A stretch of 64,000 nucleotides of DNA from Chiloscyllium plagiosum (GCF_004010195.1 NC_057741.1:8180661-8244660); one strand, 5' to 3'. Numbered from the stretch's first letter, positions 24,322 to 37,896 are shown. Notes: generated by a model not told the origin, from the sequence alone. Numbers and translations are program-made.

Positions 24322-26080
24322 GTCGCAGGTAGATAGGATAGTGAGGAAGGCGTTTGGTATGCTTTCCTTTATTGGTCAGAATATTGAGTACAGGAGTTGG
24401 GAGGTCATGTTGCGGCTATACAGGATGTTGGTTAGGCCACCGTTGGAATATTGCGTGCAATTCTGGTCTCCTTCCTATCGGAAAGATGTTGTGAAACTTG
24501 AAAGGGTTCAGAAAAGATTTACAAGGATGTTGCCAAGGTTGGAGGATTTGAGCTATAGAGGGAGGTTGAATAGGCTAGGGCTGTTTTCCCTGGAGTGTTG
24601 GAGGCTGAGGGGTGACCTTATAGAGGAATGGGATTGTGGGAGATATAGCAGTTTGGATCAGTAATTGGCTTGCTGAAAGAAGACAGAGGGTGGTGGTTGG
24701 TGGGGAATGTTTAACCTGGAGCCCAGTTACCAGTGGTGTACCGCAAGGGTCGGTGTTGGGTCCACTGTTGTTTGTCATTTTTATAAACGACTGGGATGAG
24801 GGCGTAGAAGGGTGAGTTAGTAAATTTGCAGGCGACACTAAGGTTGGTGGAGTTGGATAGTGACGAATGATGTTGTAGGTTACAGAGAGACATAGATAAG
24901 CTGCAGAGTTGGGCTGAGAGGTGGCAAATGGAGTTTAATGCGGACAAGTGTGAGGTTCACTTTGGTCGGAGTAACTGGAATGCAAAGTACTGGGCTAATG
25001 GTAAGATTCTTGGTAATGTAGATGAGCAGAGAGATCTCAGTGTCCAGGTACACAGATCCTTGAAAGTTGCCACCCAGGTTGACAGGGTTGTTAAGAAGGC
25101 ATACACTGTTTTAGCTTTTATTAATAGAGGGATTGAGCTCCGAAACCATGAGGTTATGCTGCAGCTGGACAAAACTCTGGTGTGGCTGCACTTGGAGTAT
25201 TGTGTACAGTTCTGGTCACCACATTATAAGAAGGATGTGGAAGCTTTGGAAAGGGTGCAGAGGAGATTTAATAGGATGTTGCCTGGTATGGAGGGAAGGT
25301 CTTACAAGGAAAGGCTGAGGGCCTTGAGGCTGTTTTCGTTAGAGAGAAGAAGGTTGAGAGGTGACTTAATAGAGACATATAAGATAATCAGAGGGTTAGA
25401 TAGGGTGGATAACGAGAGCCTTTTTCCAAGTATGGTGATGGCGAGCACGAGGGGGCATAGCTTTAAATTGAAGGGTGATAGATATAGGACAGATATCAGA
25501 GGTAGTTTCTTTACTCAGAGAGTAGTAAGGGTATGGAATTCTTTGCCTGCAATGTAGTAGATTCGCCCACTTTAAGTACATTCAAGTCATCATTTGACAA
25601 GCATATGGACGTACATGGAATAGTGTAGGTTAGATGGGCTTCAGATTGGTATGACAGGTCGGTGCAACATCAAGGGCTAAAGGGCTTGTACTGTGCTGTA
25701 ATGTTCTATGTTCTGTGTTTATAAAATCATGAAGAGTATGGATAGGATAAGTGGACAAAGTCATTTCCCTGGGTTTGGGGAGCCCAGAACTAGAGAATAT
25801 GGATTTAGGGTGAGAGGGGAAAGATATAAAAGAGACCTAAGGGGCAACTTTTTCACGCAGAGGATGGTACGCATATGGAATGAGCTGCCAGAGGAAGTGG
25901 TGGAGGCTGGTACAATTACAACATTTAAAAGGCATCTGGATGGGTATACGAATAGGAAGGGTTTGGTGGGATATGGGCCAGGTGCTGGCAGGTGGGACTA
26001 GATTGGGTTGGGATATCTGGTCCGCATGGACAGGTTGGACCGAAGGGTCTGTTTCCGTGCTGTATATATATGACATTATG
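24322..26080 (+). mobile_element. CR1 3' fragment interrupted by a second CR1 subfamily (24627-25716)
   Basis: The outer copy breaks at LRGDLIE|VYKIM; the inner copy has [10 protein letters not shown] and a (tgttcta)n tail. Confidence 0.9.
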
Positions 26081-26453
26081 AATCTATTGAGTCGGTTGGG
26101 CACTTTTATTTATAATTTATGAATGACTTTCTGGTGATCTAGACATTTCGCTTCTTCAAATGTGATACTAAAAGATTGCTTCCTACTTAGCGTTATCTCT
26201 GTTAATGGTATTGATAATTCCTCTTTGAAAGATAAAGGATTTAAATATTGCTCGGGAACTAGAGTTGACTCATCATCTGGCAATAAATCAAATCTGCTGC
26301 ATCAATTTGTTCAGCCAGCTGCTTTGCTGAGATTCTTCAATCAGTTTAAATGAATTGTTCAGGTTGTTTTTGTTTTCAGGATTTGCTTCTTCTGGCAAAT
26401 CTTTGCTGATTTTTGTTAACTGCATTTTCCTCAATGAAAATGGTGCCAACATA

Positions 26454-28356
26454 GAGTCATACAATTATACAGCTTGGAAAATACCCTTCAGTGCGAGTTG
26501 CCCAAGCCAATCAGACAGCCTAAATTAATCTAGTCCCACCTGCTGGTACCTGGCCCATATCCCTCCTAACCCTTCCTATTCTTATATCCATCCAGATGCC
26601 TTTTAAATGTTGTAATTGTACCAGCCTCCACCACTTCCTCTGGCAGCGCATCCCAAACACACAAAACCCTCTGCATGAAAACTTTGTCCCTCAGGTCTCT
26701 TTCAAATCTTTTCCTTCTCACCTTAAATCTATGGCCTCTAGTTCTGGACTCCCCCACACTTGGAAAAAGACCTTGGCTATTTACCCTAACCATGCCCCTC
26801 ACGATTTTATAAACTTTTATAAGATCACCCCTCAGCCTCCAATGCTCCAGGGAAAACAGCCCCAGCCTATTCAGTCTCTCCTTATAGCTCAAACCCTCCA
26901 ACCATGGCAACATCCTTGTAAATCTTTGCTGAACTTTTTCAAGTTTTACAACATCCTTCCTATAGCATGGAGACCAGAGTTGCACATAATACACCAAAAG
27001 TGGCCTAACTAATGTCCTGTACAGTTGCAACATGACCTTGCAATTCCTTTGATCAATGCACTGACCAATAACGGCAACCATACGAAATGCCTTCTTCACT
27101 ATCCTATGTACCTGTGACTCTATTTTCAAGGAACTTTGAGCCTGCACTCCAAGGTCTCTTTGTTCAGCAACACTCCCCAGCACCTGACCATTAAGTTTAT
27201 AAGTCCTGCTTTGATTTGCCTTTCCAAAATGCAGCACCTCATAAATTAAACTCCATCTGGCACTCCTGGGCCCATTGGCCCATCTGATCAAGGTCCCATT
27301 GTACTCTGAGATAACCTGCTTCACTGTCCACTACACTTTCAATTTTGGTGTGATCAACAAGTTTATTAACAATACCTCCTGTGCTGACATCCAAATCATT
27401 TATATAAATGACTCAGCACCGATGCTTTTGATACACCACTGGTCACAGGCCTCCAGTCTGAAAAGCAACCATCCACCACCATCCTCTCTCTTCTACCTTC
27501 GAGCCACTTCTATCTCTAAATGGCTAGTCCTCCTTGTGTTCCATGTGATCTAACCTTGTTAACCAGTCTACCATGAGGAACCTTGTTGAATGCCTGCCTT
27601 AAGTCTATACGGATCATGTCCACCGCTCTGCCCTCATCAGTCCTCTTCATTACTTCTTCAAAACATTCAATCAAGTTCGTGCGACATGATTTCCCACGCA
27701 CAAAGCCATGTTGACTATCCCTAATCATTCCTTGCCTTTCCATATATATGTACATCCTGTCCCTCAGGATTCCCTCCAACAACTTGCCCACTACTGATGC
27801 CAGGCTCGCTCAGCTATACTTCCCTGGCGTTTCCTTACCACCTTTCTTAAATAGTAAGACCACATTAGCCAACCTCCATTTTCCAGCTCCTCACCTGTGG
27901 CTACTGATGATACAAGTATCTCAGCAAGAGGCCCAGCAATCATTTCCTGAGCTGCCCACAGAGTTCTAGGGTATACCTGATCAGGTCCCAGGGGCTTATT
28001 CACATTTATGCGTGTTAAGCTAGCCAGCACCTCCTCTTTTGTACAATGGGCATTTTTCAAGTTGTCATTATTTACTTCCCCAAGCTCCGTATCTTCCATA
28101 TCCTTCTCCACAGTAAACACTGACATAAAATACTCATTTAGTATATCCCCTATCTCCTGTGGTTTCACACGTAGGCTGCCTTGCTGATCTTTAAGGAGCT
28201 CTATTCTCCCCCTAGTTACCCATTTGTCCTTAATGTATTTATAGAATCCCTTTGGATTCTCCTTAACCCTCTTTGCCAAAGTTATCTCATGTCCTCTTTA
28301 TGCCCTCTTGATTTTCCTCTGAAGTATACGACTGCCCTTATACTCTTCTAAGAATT
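26454..28356 (-). mobile_element. CR1 LINE ORF2 3' part
   Basis: SQHGFVRGKSC, AFNKVPH, LYRTLVRP. Confidence 0.92.
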
Positions 28357-28582
28357 CATATGTCCTGCAGTTATAGTCATTTTTCCTGTTAACAGTACAA
28401 AACTGTTTTCTTATGTTAATGTAGATAATCTCAATAGAATCTTCCTTTTCTTTACATTCTGCAATGAGTCTAGGAAACATAGGAAATCTTTTCCTAGTTG
28501 CCTTTTTACAACTTGTTTGATAACAATTTGTCTCTGTACAAGTTGTTCTCTAGAATTGTCAAACTCCTTCTGGTATCATAAA

Positions 28583-30110
28583 ACATCAGCAAGGAAATTT
28601 CCTGATCATTATCATGCACTGAACCTCCTTGGCTGATGGATCAGTGTCTTCCATGTTGAGCACTACTTGAAGGAGTACTGATGGTGGCACTGTCACTCTA
28701 GATGGGGGACAAATCTTCATAACCAAAACTGGGTCAGTAACACCTTTATTAATTGAGCTGGTCAAGTCCTAAAGGACACGGTTGCTGGACTGTGAATGTG
28801 GCACATGTTAAAGTAACAAACAAGAGGAAAAAACACTCTTGACCTCATCTTCACTAATGTAGATACTTTTCCTCATGTCTGTTTTGTTAAGAATGACCAC
28901 CTTGGGGAGTCAAAGTCCCATCTTCACATTGAACATACCTTACATCCCATCACTGGGTATATGAATAGGAAGGGTTTGGAGGGATATGGGCCTGGTGCTG
29001 GCAGGTGAGACTAGATTGGGTTGGGATATCTATTCAGCATGGATGGGTTGGACCGAAGGGTCTGTTTCTATGCTGTACATCTCTTTGACTCTATGACTCT
29101 ATGACACTGTGCTAAATGAGGGAAATTTTGAACATATCCAGCAATTTAAGAGTTGGCACCCCTGAGGCTCTGTGGTCCAAGCTTATCAGCAGTGTTGTGT
29201 CAACTACAATCTCAATCTTATGGCCCAGCGTGTCCCCCATTCAACCATTGCTGTCAAACCAGGGGATCAAACCTGGTTCAATGAAGAGCACAGGGGCAGC
29301 ACCAATCGCACCCAAAAATGAGATATCAACGTCTGAAGCTACAACACAGGAGTACTTATGTGCCAAACACCATAAACAGTGAATATTACTAAACAATTCC
29401 ATAACTAGCAGATGAGATATAAGCTCTGCAGTCCCTGATACATCTAGATGTATATGATGGCAGACAACTAAACAACCCACTAGAGGAGGAATCTCCAGAA
29501 ATATCCACATTCACAATAATCGGGAAGCTCAGCACATCAGGTCAAACCATTAGGCTGAAGCATTTACAACAATCTTCAGCCAGAAGTGCCAAGTGGATGA
29601 TTCATTTCAGCTTCCTCTAGAGGTTTCCAGCATCACAAGATGCTAGTATTTCGCCAATTCAATCCACCTTACATGATATCAAGAAATTGCGGAAAGCACT
29701 GAATAGTGCAAAGGCTATGGGCCCTGACAAAATTCCAGAAATGGTACTGAAATCTCCGTTGGTTTGAGTATAGGTGGCACAAAGGAAGATGGTTGTCAGT
29801 TAGAAGTCAGTCATCTCAGCCCCAGAATTCCTCAGAGTAGTGACTTTGGACCAATCATCTTCAGCTGCTTCATCAATGACCTTCCTTTCATTATAAGGTC
29901 AGAAATGAAGATGTTCATTGATGATCATGCGATGTTCACTTTCCTCAGATACTGAAGCAACATATGACCAAATGCAAATTCAGATGATGTTCAAGTTTGG
30001 GCTAACAAGTTGCATGTAATTTTCACACCACACAATGGACAGTCATTGACCATTTCCAACAAGAGATATTCGAACCAACACTCCTTTGACATTCAACAGC
30101 ATTACTATGA
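28583..30110 (+). mobile_element. Old L2/CR1-group LINE with a short CR1 tail inserted (~28952-29103)
   Basis: Degenerate LDLI.TN, AMGPD.IP and FGPIIFSCFINDL motifs. Confidence 0.7.
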
Positions 30111-30199
30111 TTGTGGAATTGTTACTGGACTAATAATCAAGAGATCCAAATCAATAGTCTGTGTCTATAAGTTCAAATCCCACAATGGAAGATGCCGAT

Positions 30200-30620
30200 A
30201 TTTGTTATATAAGGTAGGTAATATCTGAAAGGTATAGCTGACATCACAAGATAAGCTGTAGCCATCAGAATATGAAATACTCTTCCTGTGAAGAGCTAAA
30301 TACTTAGCTCCAAATTGTTGTGCACAAGAATGTTACAGTCGTAGTAACATGCACTTATTCTTAAGTATATCATGAAGTCCGACAAAGCACTTTTGTGTGT
30401 ATCTCAGATGTAATGTAACTAGCTGTTAAGTACTATGTAATGAACCTTTTCATTTATGAAGAATAGGCCTATCTCCTGCCAAAGACATCCTTCCCCATTT
30501 GGATCCAGAAACTCTAACTAATACTAAGAAGATTTGGTGTCAGTGAATCTCTCCAATTCATTGCAGATGTTTCCAATATATAACAGGGCAGAGCTTGTCT
30601 GTCTATGAACTATGATTCTC
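30200..30620 (-). pseudogene. EVE pp1a fragment
   Basis: LEFLDPNGEGCLWQEIGLFFINEKVHYIVL and FGAKYLALHRKSISYSDGYSL frames. Confidence 0.4.
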
Positions 30621-31022
30621 TGAGAATAACTATGTTTCAGAAGCCACCATCGCTATCCTTCACCAACTCTGTGGTATGTCCTGTCCAACCAACATGACAG
30701 GTCCTCCAGAGGTTGTGACACAGTAGTATACAGACAGCTGGGAGTTAACATTGAATCTGAATCACATGAAATCTCATGGCATCAATTCAGAAATCCCTGG
30801 CTGACTACCACCTAACTCTCACTTCCCCCCCTCAGCTGATGAATCAGTACTCCTCCATACTGAACACAGAATGTACTCTGGGTGGGAAACTTCAATTCCC
30901 ATAATCAGTATGGCTCAGTAGCATCACTATTGTCTGAACTGGCTATGTGCTAAAGGAGAAAGCTGCTAGACTGAGCCTGTAGTCAGTGGTGTGTGAACCA
31001 ACAAGAGGGTTAAACTTAATTG

Positions 31023-31376
31023 AGGTGGCATGGTGGCTTAGCGTTTAGTAGTGCTGCCTCACAGCACCAGGGATCTGGGTTTGATTCCACCTTCGGGCGA
31101 CTGTCTGTGTGGAGTTTGCACATTCTCCCTATGTCTGCTTAGGTTTCCTCCAAGTACTCTGGTCTCTTTCCACAGTCCAAAGATGTGCAGGTTAGGTGGA
31201 TTTGCCATGCTAAATTGCCCATAATGTCCAGGGATGTGCAGGCTGGGTCGGTTAGCCTAATTGCAAGCTTACAGGGATAGGAATGGGGTGGGTTTGGGTA
31301 GGATGCTCTTTGGAAGGTTGATGTGGATACGCAGGGCTGAATGGCCTGCTTCCACACTGTAGGGATTCTGTGATTC
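31023..31376 (+). mobile_element. HE1-type V-SINE
   Basis: A/B boxes and V-domain. Confidence 0.88.
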
Positions 31377-32139
31377 TACTTGACTCCATCCTCACTGACA
31401 GATCTGTCTGTCTATGTCAATAGGAGTGACTGTCACACAATTATTGTGGACATAATGTCCCGCTTTCGCACTGAAGATACACTCCATTGTGTTGTATGAT
31501 ACAACAACCATGCTAAACAGGATAGGTTTCAAACATCTTGCAGCTCAAGATTGGGTATGTGTGAGGTGCTGTATTCCATCAGCAGCAGCAGAATTTTATT
31601 CAACCATCGGCAACGTCTTGGCCCAGCACATCAGCCATTGCCATCATGCATTCGGGTCAACCCTAATTCAATAGATAATATAGCAGGAGCTGCCAGCACC
31701 AGGCATATCTAAAACTAAGATTGAGTAAAGCTGCAATACAGGGCTACTTGTGTGCTCCACCACAGAAGCAACAATAACAGTCAAGAATCAGAGACCAACT
31801 TAACATTGAGAGAGAGAGAGAGAGATATAGGAAGAGAAAGAGAGAGAGAGGAAGACAGAAAGCAGCTTCAAAGATCGAGAGCCAAAGAGAGAATGATTGC
31901 GTAAAACTCCAAGTGACTTGGGAAATATTGTAAGTTTAAGGATTAGAGATAGTACGTTTAGTATTAAAGGTTATAGTAACTTGTTTCCTGATGAAGTTGG
32001 AATTTCTTTTTTATTGATACCAGCTTGTGTTCATATTGATTAGACCACTTCAGTAGTGTGAGACACCTGGGCAAACTCATTCAAAACATTCTGGTTGGAG
32101 TTGTCCAACTTATTTTAACGAGGTGCTAGACAACAACAC

Positions 32140-33018
32140 AAAAATAGTTGGAATGAAAGGTTGTGAGAGGGATGCAAGTGGTTTACAGAGAGATACAGAT
32201 AAGTTGGGTAAGTGGGTATAAAGTTGGCAAATGGAGTACCTTGTAGGAAATGTGAAGGTTGTTCATTTTGGAAGGGAGAACAAAAGAAAGGAATATTATT
32301 CAACTGGAGAAAAAACTGCAGAAAGCTGCAACATTAAGGAACTTGGGGGAACTTTTGCACAAAATACCGAAAGCTAGCACACATTTACAGAAGGTAATCA
32401 GGAAGGGTAAAGGAATGTTGACCCCTTTTTCAAGAGGGTTGGAGTATAAGAATAGGGCAGTGTTACTGAAACTGTATAAGTTAAGCAATGTGAACAGTTT
32501 TAGTCCTTTTACTGAAGAAAATATATGATTTCATCAGAGATAGTTCAGAGACACTTCACGGGGATGATCCCCATTATGGAGGAATTGTGTTATGGGCAAA
32601 AGTTAAACTGATTAGTACCCCACTCATAGAAATTTAGAAGGAGAGGTGATCTCGTTGAAACATATAAGATTCCTAAGCAGCTTGACAGTATAAATGCTGA
32701 GAGGATGTTTCCCTCATGGAAGAATCTAGGACCAGAGGATATAGTCTCAGAATTAATGGGTACCAATTTAATACTGAGATCAGGAGGAATTTCTTCTCTG
32801 GGATGGTTGTGGGACTGTGGAATATTTTGCCACAGGGAGCACGAGGGGCAGAGTCCTTGTGTATATTTAAGGTAGAGATAGACTGGTTCTTGATCAGTAA
32901 GGGAAAGGACAGGGAAGTGGAGATGAGGAGTGTCAGATCAGCTATGATCCTATTGAATGGCGGAGCAGGCACGAGGGACTGCACTGTCTACTCCTGCTCC
33001 TGTTTCTTATGGTCTTAC
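32140..33018 (+). mobile_element. CR1 3' fragment
   Basis: SRTRGYSLRING, FKVEIDWFL, ttcttatggtctta tail. Confidence 0.8.
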
Positions 33019-33614
33019 AAGGCTGAAGGACTTGCAAATGTCTTCAGCAAGAAGTGTCGAATGTTCAGCATCTCAACCGCTACTCACGACCCCAGCATCA
33101 CCGATGTCGGCCATCAGCCAATTCAATTCATTCTAATTGATATCAAGTATTGGCTGAAAGCAATGGATATTGCAGACGCTATCTGCCCTGACACTATTCC
33201 AGCAAAAATCCAGACAATTTGTGCTGCAGAACTAACTGTGTCCCCAGTTAAGCTGTTCCTGTACAGCTACAATACTGCCATCTACCTGACAGTGTAAATA
33301 TTGACCAAGAAGTCCTGTCCATAGAAAACAGGGCAAATCCAACTCAGCCAATGGCTATCCTATCAACCCACTCTTATTAAGCAACAAAATGATGAAAGGT
33401 GACATCAATCGTGCTCTCAATTGGAATTACACAACAATAACCTGCTCACATACACTCATTTTGAGTTCAGTCAGATCTTTTCTGCTCCTTACTACGTTTT
33501 ATTCAAATATGAACAAAAGAGCTGAATGGGTGAGGGTAGCTGACTGAGTGTGGCATTAAGGAGCACTGGGAAAACTAGCACCAATGGGATCAGAAGGAAG
33601 CGCTCCACTGATTT

Positions 33615-34850
33615 GGGACAAAAAAACTGCAATTATTGGAAGTAGACAAGCAGGAGGCAGGAAGAACACAGCAAGACAGGCAGCATCAGGAGGGTGGAGA
33701 AGTCAATGTTCTGGGGATAAGCCTTCTTCAGGACTGGGAGTAGGAGTAGGGGAGAGCTGCAGATAAAAAGGAGGGAGTTTTGGGTGTGGAGACAGGCAGA
33801 GTGGTGAGGTAGTGATAGGTGAACACAGAGGCAGTGGGTGCAACCTGGTTGGTCAATGGGAGAGATGAATCCAGTAGGTAGCTGGAAGGAAGGGTCATTC
33901 TGAGGAATGGAAGGGTTGGTCGGGGGGAATTTGCTGGAACGAGAGGTGCAAACCAAGGAGTCCAAAGGTTGACCTTCATTAAACATTGATGACTGCATTG
34001 GTGCTGCATCCGAAACGCAGCTGAACTAGCGCAGTTCATCAACTTCGCTAATAACTTACACCCCATCCTCAAACTTACGTGGTCTGTCTCGAACACCTTT
34101 CTCCCCTTTCTTGACCTCTCCATTTCCATCTCTGTCAACAGTCTATGGACTGACCTTTAGTATAAATCCACAGACTCCTGGGCTACACCTCCTCCCACCC
34201 CATATCCTGCAAAGACGGCATCCCATTTTTCCAATTCCTCCATCTCTGTCACATCTGCTCTGACGAGGAGATGTTCCACTCCCAAGCATCCCAGATGTCC
34301 ACCTATTTTAAACAACATGCTTTCCCACCCTCAGTCCTCCGAACAACCTTCCACCACACCACCTCTGTTCCCCGCTCCTCCAGCCTAGTTTACTGTATCC
34401 GGTGCTCTCGATGTGGTCTTCTCTACATTGGTAAGACCAAACTTAACTACAGGAATGTTTCCCCGAACATCTCAGCCGGGCCCGCAGGGACTGATCTGAC
34501 CTCCAATTCCCCTTCCTACTCCCTTTCCAACATGACAATCTCTGACTCCTTTTCCCAGCCCCTTCACTTCCCTTCCATTCCTCTGACCGACCTTTCCTTC
34601 CAACTACCAATTGGATTCATCCCTTCCATTGACCAAACAGGCCATACCCTCTACCTGTGTTCACCTATGACTACCCCAGCACTCCACCCCAACCCCACCC
34701 AAAACCCTCCCTCACCCCCACCCCTTTATCTGCAGCTCCCCCTATACCCACCCCAGTGCTGAAGAAGGGTTGCACCAAAAATGTCCATTTTTCCACTTCG
34801 TGATGCTGCCAGACTCGCTGTGTTCTTCCAGCTTCCTGCTTGTCTTCTCC
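33615..34850. mobile_element. PLE with inverted 3' UTR (33615-33930, -) and internally deleted RT/GIY-YIG (33985-34850, +)
   Basis: LVYCIRCSRCGLLYIGKTK; inverted UTR copies; ccactg(a/g)ttt at both flanks. Confidence 0.8.
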
Positions 34851-35479
34851 ACTGGTTTCAGTCATACCTACCAAAAAGGATCATGGTTGTGATTGTCGGA
34901 GGCTAATTATTTCAGCCTCAGGAAACTATTGTAAGAGTTCATGAGGATACTGTTCTATGTCCAACCATCTTCAGCCACTTCATCAATGTCCAGGCTTGAG
35001 CTGACATGAGGCAAACTAATTTGCATTATAGGGGAGGGGGAATCCTTGAAATCTTTGTAACATGAGTGGATAACTTGGGATTCCCTGTTCCATAACAGGC
35101 AAAACATAAAGTTGTGAGGTTTGCATTGGGATAGATTATGCTTTTTTAAAACATAACAATGTGGGAATAAGTATCTCTGACAAGGCCAATATTTATTGCT
35201 GATCCCCAATTCCCTTGGAAATGCAGTAGTGGTGTACTTTTTTGCACTGCTGCAATCCATGTGTTTGAGACTACAGACTTACCGTTACCCTTCAACGTGG
35301 ATACATTCCAGCCATCACTTTGGAATTTATTTGCATGAACTAAGATTGTAAAAGGAATGGGTGCTCTTGTTGGTTAAAGAACTGTCAGCATCCATAACCA
35401 ATATAACTAACTCCCTCAATTTGAAGTAAAAAGGGGAAAGGCAGTAGAAGGAGATTTTTTTAATCATCAAATACAAATA

Positions 35480-36830
35480 TGGGGTCAAACCTTAGCAGAC
35501 CCTGTCTGAGGTAAACTATGGTGGGACATTGGGAAGAATGATGTAAGAAATCGAGCTAGGCCTATCCTGATGTTGCGAGCAACGTTTTGCATTTTTCATA
35601 AGTGTTCTGGGCATCACGGCAAGATTCTCACTAGTAAAGGGAATCATTGCCTCTTATCACGCTCATTAACTGCAAATCTCACCCCATCAATACACAACTT
35701 TCCGTTGTTCCATTCTCCAATGGGAATCTAGGTGCTGAGAGTTCATGACATGAAAATCTGAGTGGGTATCTAGTGTCTTCAGTTTGCTTCTTGGTCCCAA
35801 AACCTCCATCTTGGACACCTAACATTAACATCCCAGAGTGCACACTCCAGGGCATCAGCGACACATACTTCAGGTTTACAAAGGCAGGCATCTAACATGT
35901 CAGCTACTTTGCACCATCATGGTATATCCCCGATTCACTTACAGTATGTCCCTGCACTGTAATACTATACATTGGCATGTATCAGCAATTGTCATTGAAA
36001 TGCTGCTGTACAGATACATGTGTGGGGTCAGGCAGTAACTTCACAGACTGGACCAAGCTTTATCTCAGAGCTTCTTGCTTACTCTGAGTGCTCACTCACT
36101 TTGCACCCATCTGCAGGCTCACTTGCCGTTCTTGGTATTTTGCCCCCTCAGCCAGAGATGCCAGGCTGACAGACACAAAACCAGGAAACTTGTCATGGTC
36201 ATCAGCAATCCTCACTCAGGAAAGGCAGGCAGCCTTCAGTCAGGGCATTCCAGCGAAGCAAGTCAAGGTCACCTTCTGATGCTAGTCCAGGCCTTGGCCA
36301 TGGTCAGTCAGCCACTTAGGATGGTCAGATTCAGGATGCTCTCCTATAAGGGATGAGGGGTCAAATGTCAGGCAGCCCACAACTCACCTTGTCTGTTTTC
36401 TCTTGTAATGAGGAAAATAGCAGGTACTTGGGAGATAAAAATGGCTGTTAGTGCTGGTACAGATGTCTGAAAGATAGTGAGTTGTCCTACATGAGTGGGT
36501 AGACAGCACAGAGGCCATGCAGTGTGAGAAGTATTGGAGGGTGAGACCAAATGAGGAAAAATGTGGCATTCACTAGTGAGGGCAGAAGAACATGAGCCTT
36601 GATGGAAGCAGAGACAGAGTGAATATGATGCGGCAGAGAGAAAAGGGTGGATCTCATAAGTTCATTGATCTTCTACCTACACTGCACAGCTATCTCTAGA
36701 ACTGACCCGTGTGCCAATCTCAGCTCAGGTATATTGTATCACTGCCAGGGATGCCAGTTTGTTCCGGGATATCCGGGCAGTGGCAAGTTACTCTGACTAT
36801 GGTGGGTGGGAGAATCGAGCTAGTTTTCAA
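35480..36830 (-). mobile_element. Harbinger-like remnant with Myb/SANT trace
   Basis: ~36650-36765 reads HPWQ..T*AEIGTRVS...AVQCR*KINELMRS. Confidence 0.5.
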
Positions 36831-37074
36831 AGAGAGCAGAGATCGAGGGGCAGGGTAGGTAGTCAACAAGGCAAGGTTCGGACAATAGTGCAAGAAATGT
36901 GTTAGATCTCAAGAAGAAAATCCTCTGTGAAACTCAACAAAATTGTCAATTAGACAAAATAGGATAAAATTCAGTCTATTGTTTTATGCTGTGTTTTATA
37001 TGCAGTGATTTATTATTAGAAAATCTTTAGATGATCATTTAGATGCATGCAGGCGGTATGCAGGTTTGTTCAGA

Positions 37075-37295
37075 GCTGAAAAATGTGTTGCTGGAAAAGC
37101 GCAGCAGGTCAGGCAGCATCAAAGGAGCAGGAGAATCGACGTTTGGGGCATACGTTTCAGGTTTTCTGAAGAAGGGCTTATGCCCGAAACGTCGATTCTC
37201 CTGCTCCTTTGATGCTGCCTGACCTGCTGCGCTTTTCCAGCAACACATTTTTCAGCTCTGATCTCCAGCATCTGCAGTCCTCACTTTCTCCTCCT
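37075..37295. mobile_element. Palindromic PLE mini-element (family A)
   Basis: TSD tgcaggtttgttcaga at 37059-37074 and 37296-37311. Confidence 0.9.
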
Positions 37296-37896
37296 TGCAG
37301 GTTTGTTCAGACATGTAAGAACATATATAAAGAGTAAAAACCTATGAATGTCACTATAGTATTCAAAGGAGGCTATTTGAGATATCTATTTACTCTGTCC
37401 TTGGATCTTGAGCAAGTTGCTGTTTTATCATCTCCATGCCAAGAGAAAGCAATTCAATAATTCAGCAGTCATTAGCATTATGATAGCTTTGGGGCAGATT
37501 TAGATTGCAACTTTAATTTTTACCTATGCCAATCATTGCTGGTGTCGTCAGCGTGAGTGTCTGTGACCTTTTCCCAGGGTGACAGAAGGAGAATTGCACA
37601 GCTGTAAATAAAACCTCTGTGACACAGTACTGCTGCAGGCACAGAGACATAAATTGAACATACAACAGCATTTTAATGAGCCAGAGCTGCTGATTTACCT
37701 TTGCAAAGACCAAATAGATAAGTGGTCTCGTAGGTTAGGGTGCAGCTTAAAAGAAATGTGTCTTTACTATTGCTAAGTAATGTCCAACTCTGCAAAATTG
37801 ATCTCCTAACTTGAATCTAGTTGCTGTTACAGTTGTGCCAAGACACCCAGTGATTTAGGTATTGGAAATGCATGAGTATTAAAGTAAAGGATTCAG

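Larger units (their letters stand above)
22975..28582 (-). pseudogene. EVE pp1a fragments at 22975-23345, 23635-24321, 26081-26453 and 28357-28582
   Basis: Frames rejoin across CR1 TSDs: TAGH|MLAPF (cata 26450/28357) and KVPNRLN|RLKQRACIL (aatcta 24316/26081); Cys cluster ACDCSGVC at ~23200. Confidence 0.6.
120..30620 (-). other. Candidate endogenous nidovirus (coronavirus-like) element: decayed ORF1ab plus start of spike, fragmented by many younger TE insertions; probably continues past position 1
   Basis: Stop-poor minus-strand frames occur in most inter-TE segments translated, e.g. ~165 codons with 2 stops at ~13090-12590 and ~190 codons with 2 stops at ~9550-8995. The frame continues across excised TSD-bounded insertions, and coronavirus-like motifs are colinear. 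Matches were made by eye only. Confidence 0.72.
30640..33600 (+). mobile_element. Old L2/CR1-group LINE split by an HE1 SINE and a CR1
   Basis: Same family as 28.6-30.1 kb; KAEGLANVFSKKC, CPDTIPA. Confidence 0.65.

Noticed and set aside
35283-35339. Minus-strand 57-bp exon with a perfect GTAAGT donor
   Set aside because: The same frame stays open through both putative splice sites, so it fits the intronless fossil ORF better; not excluded without RNA-seq.
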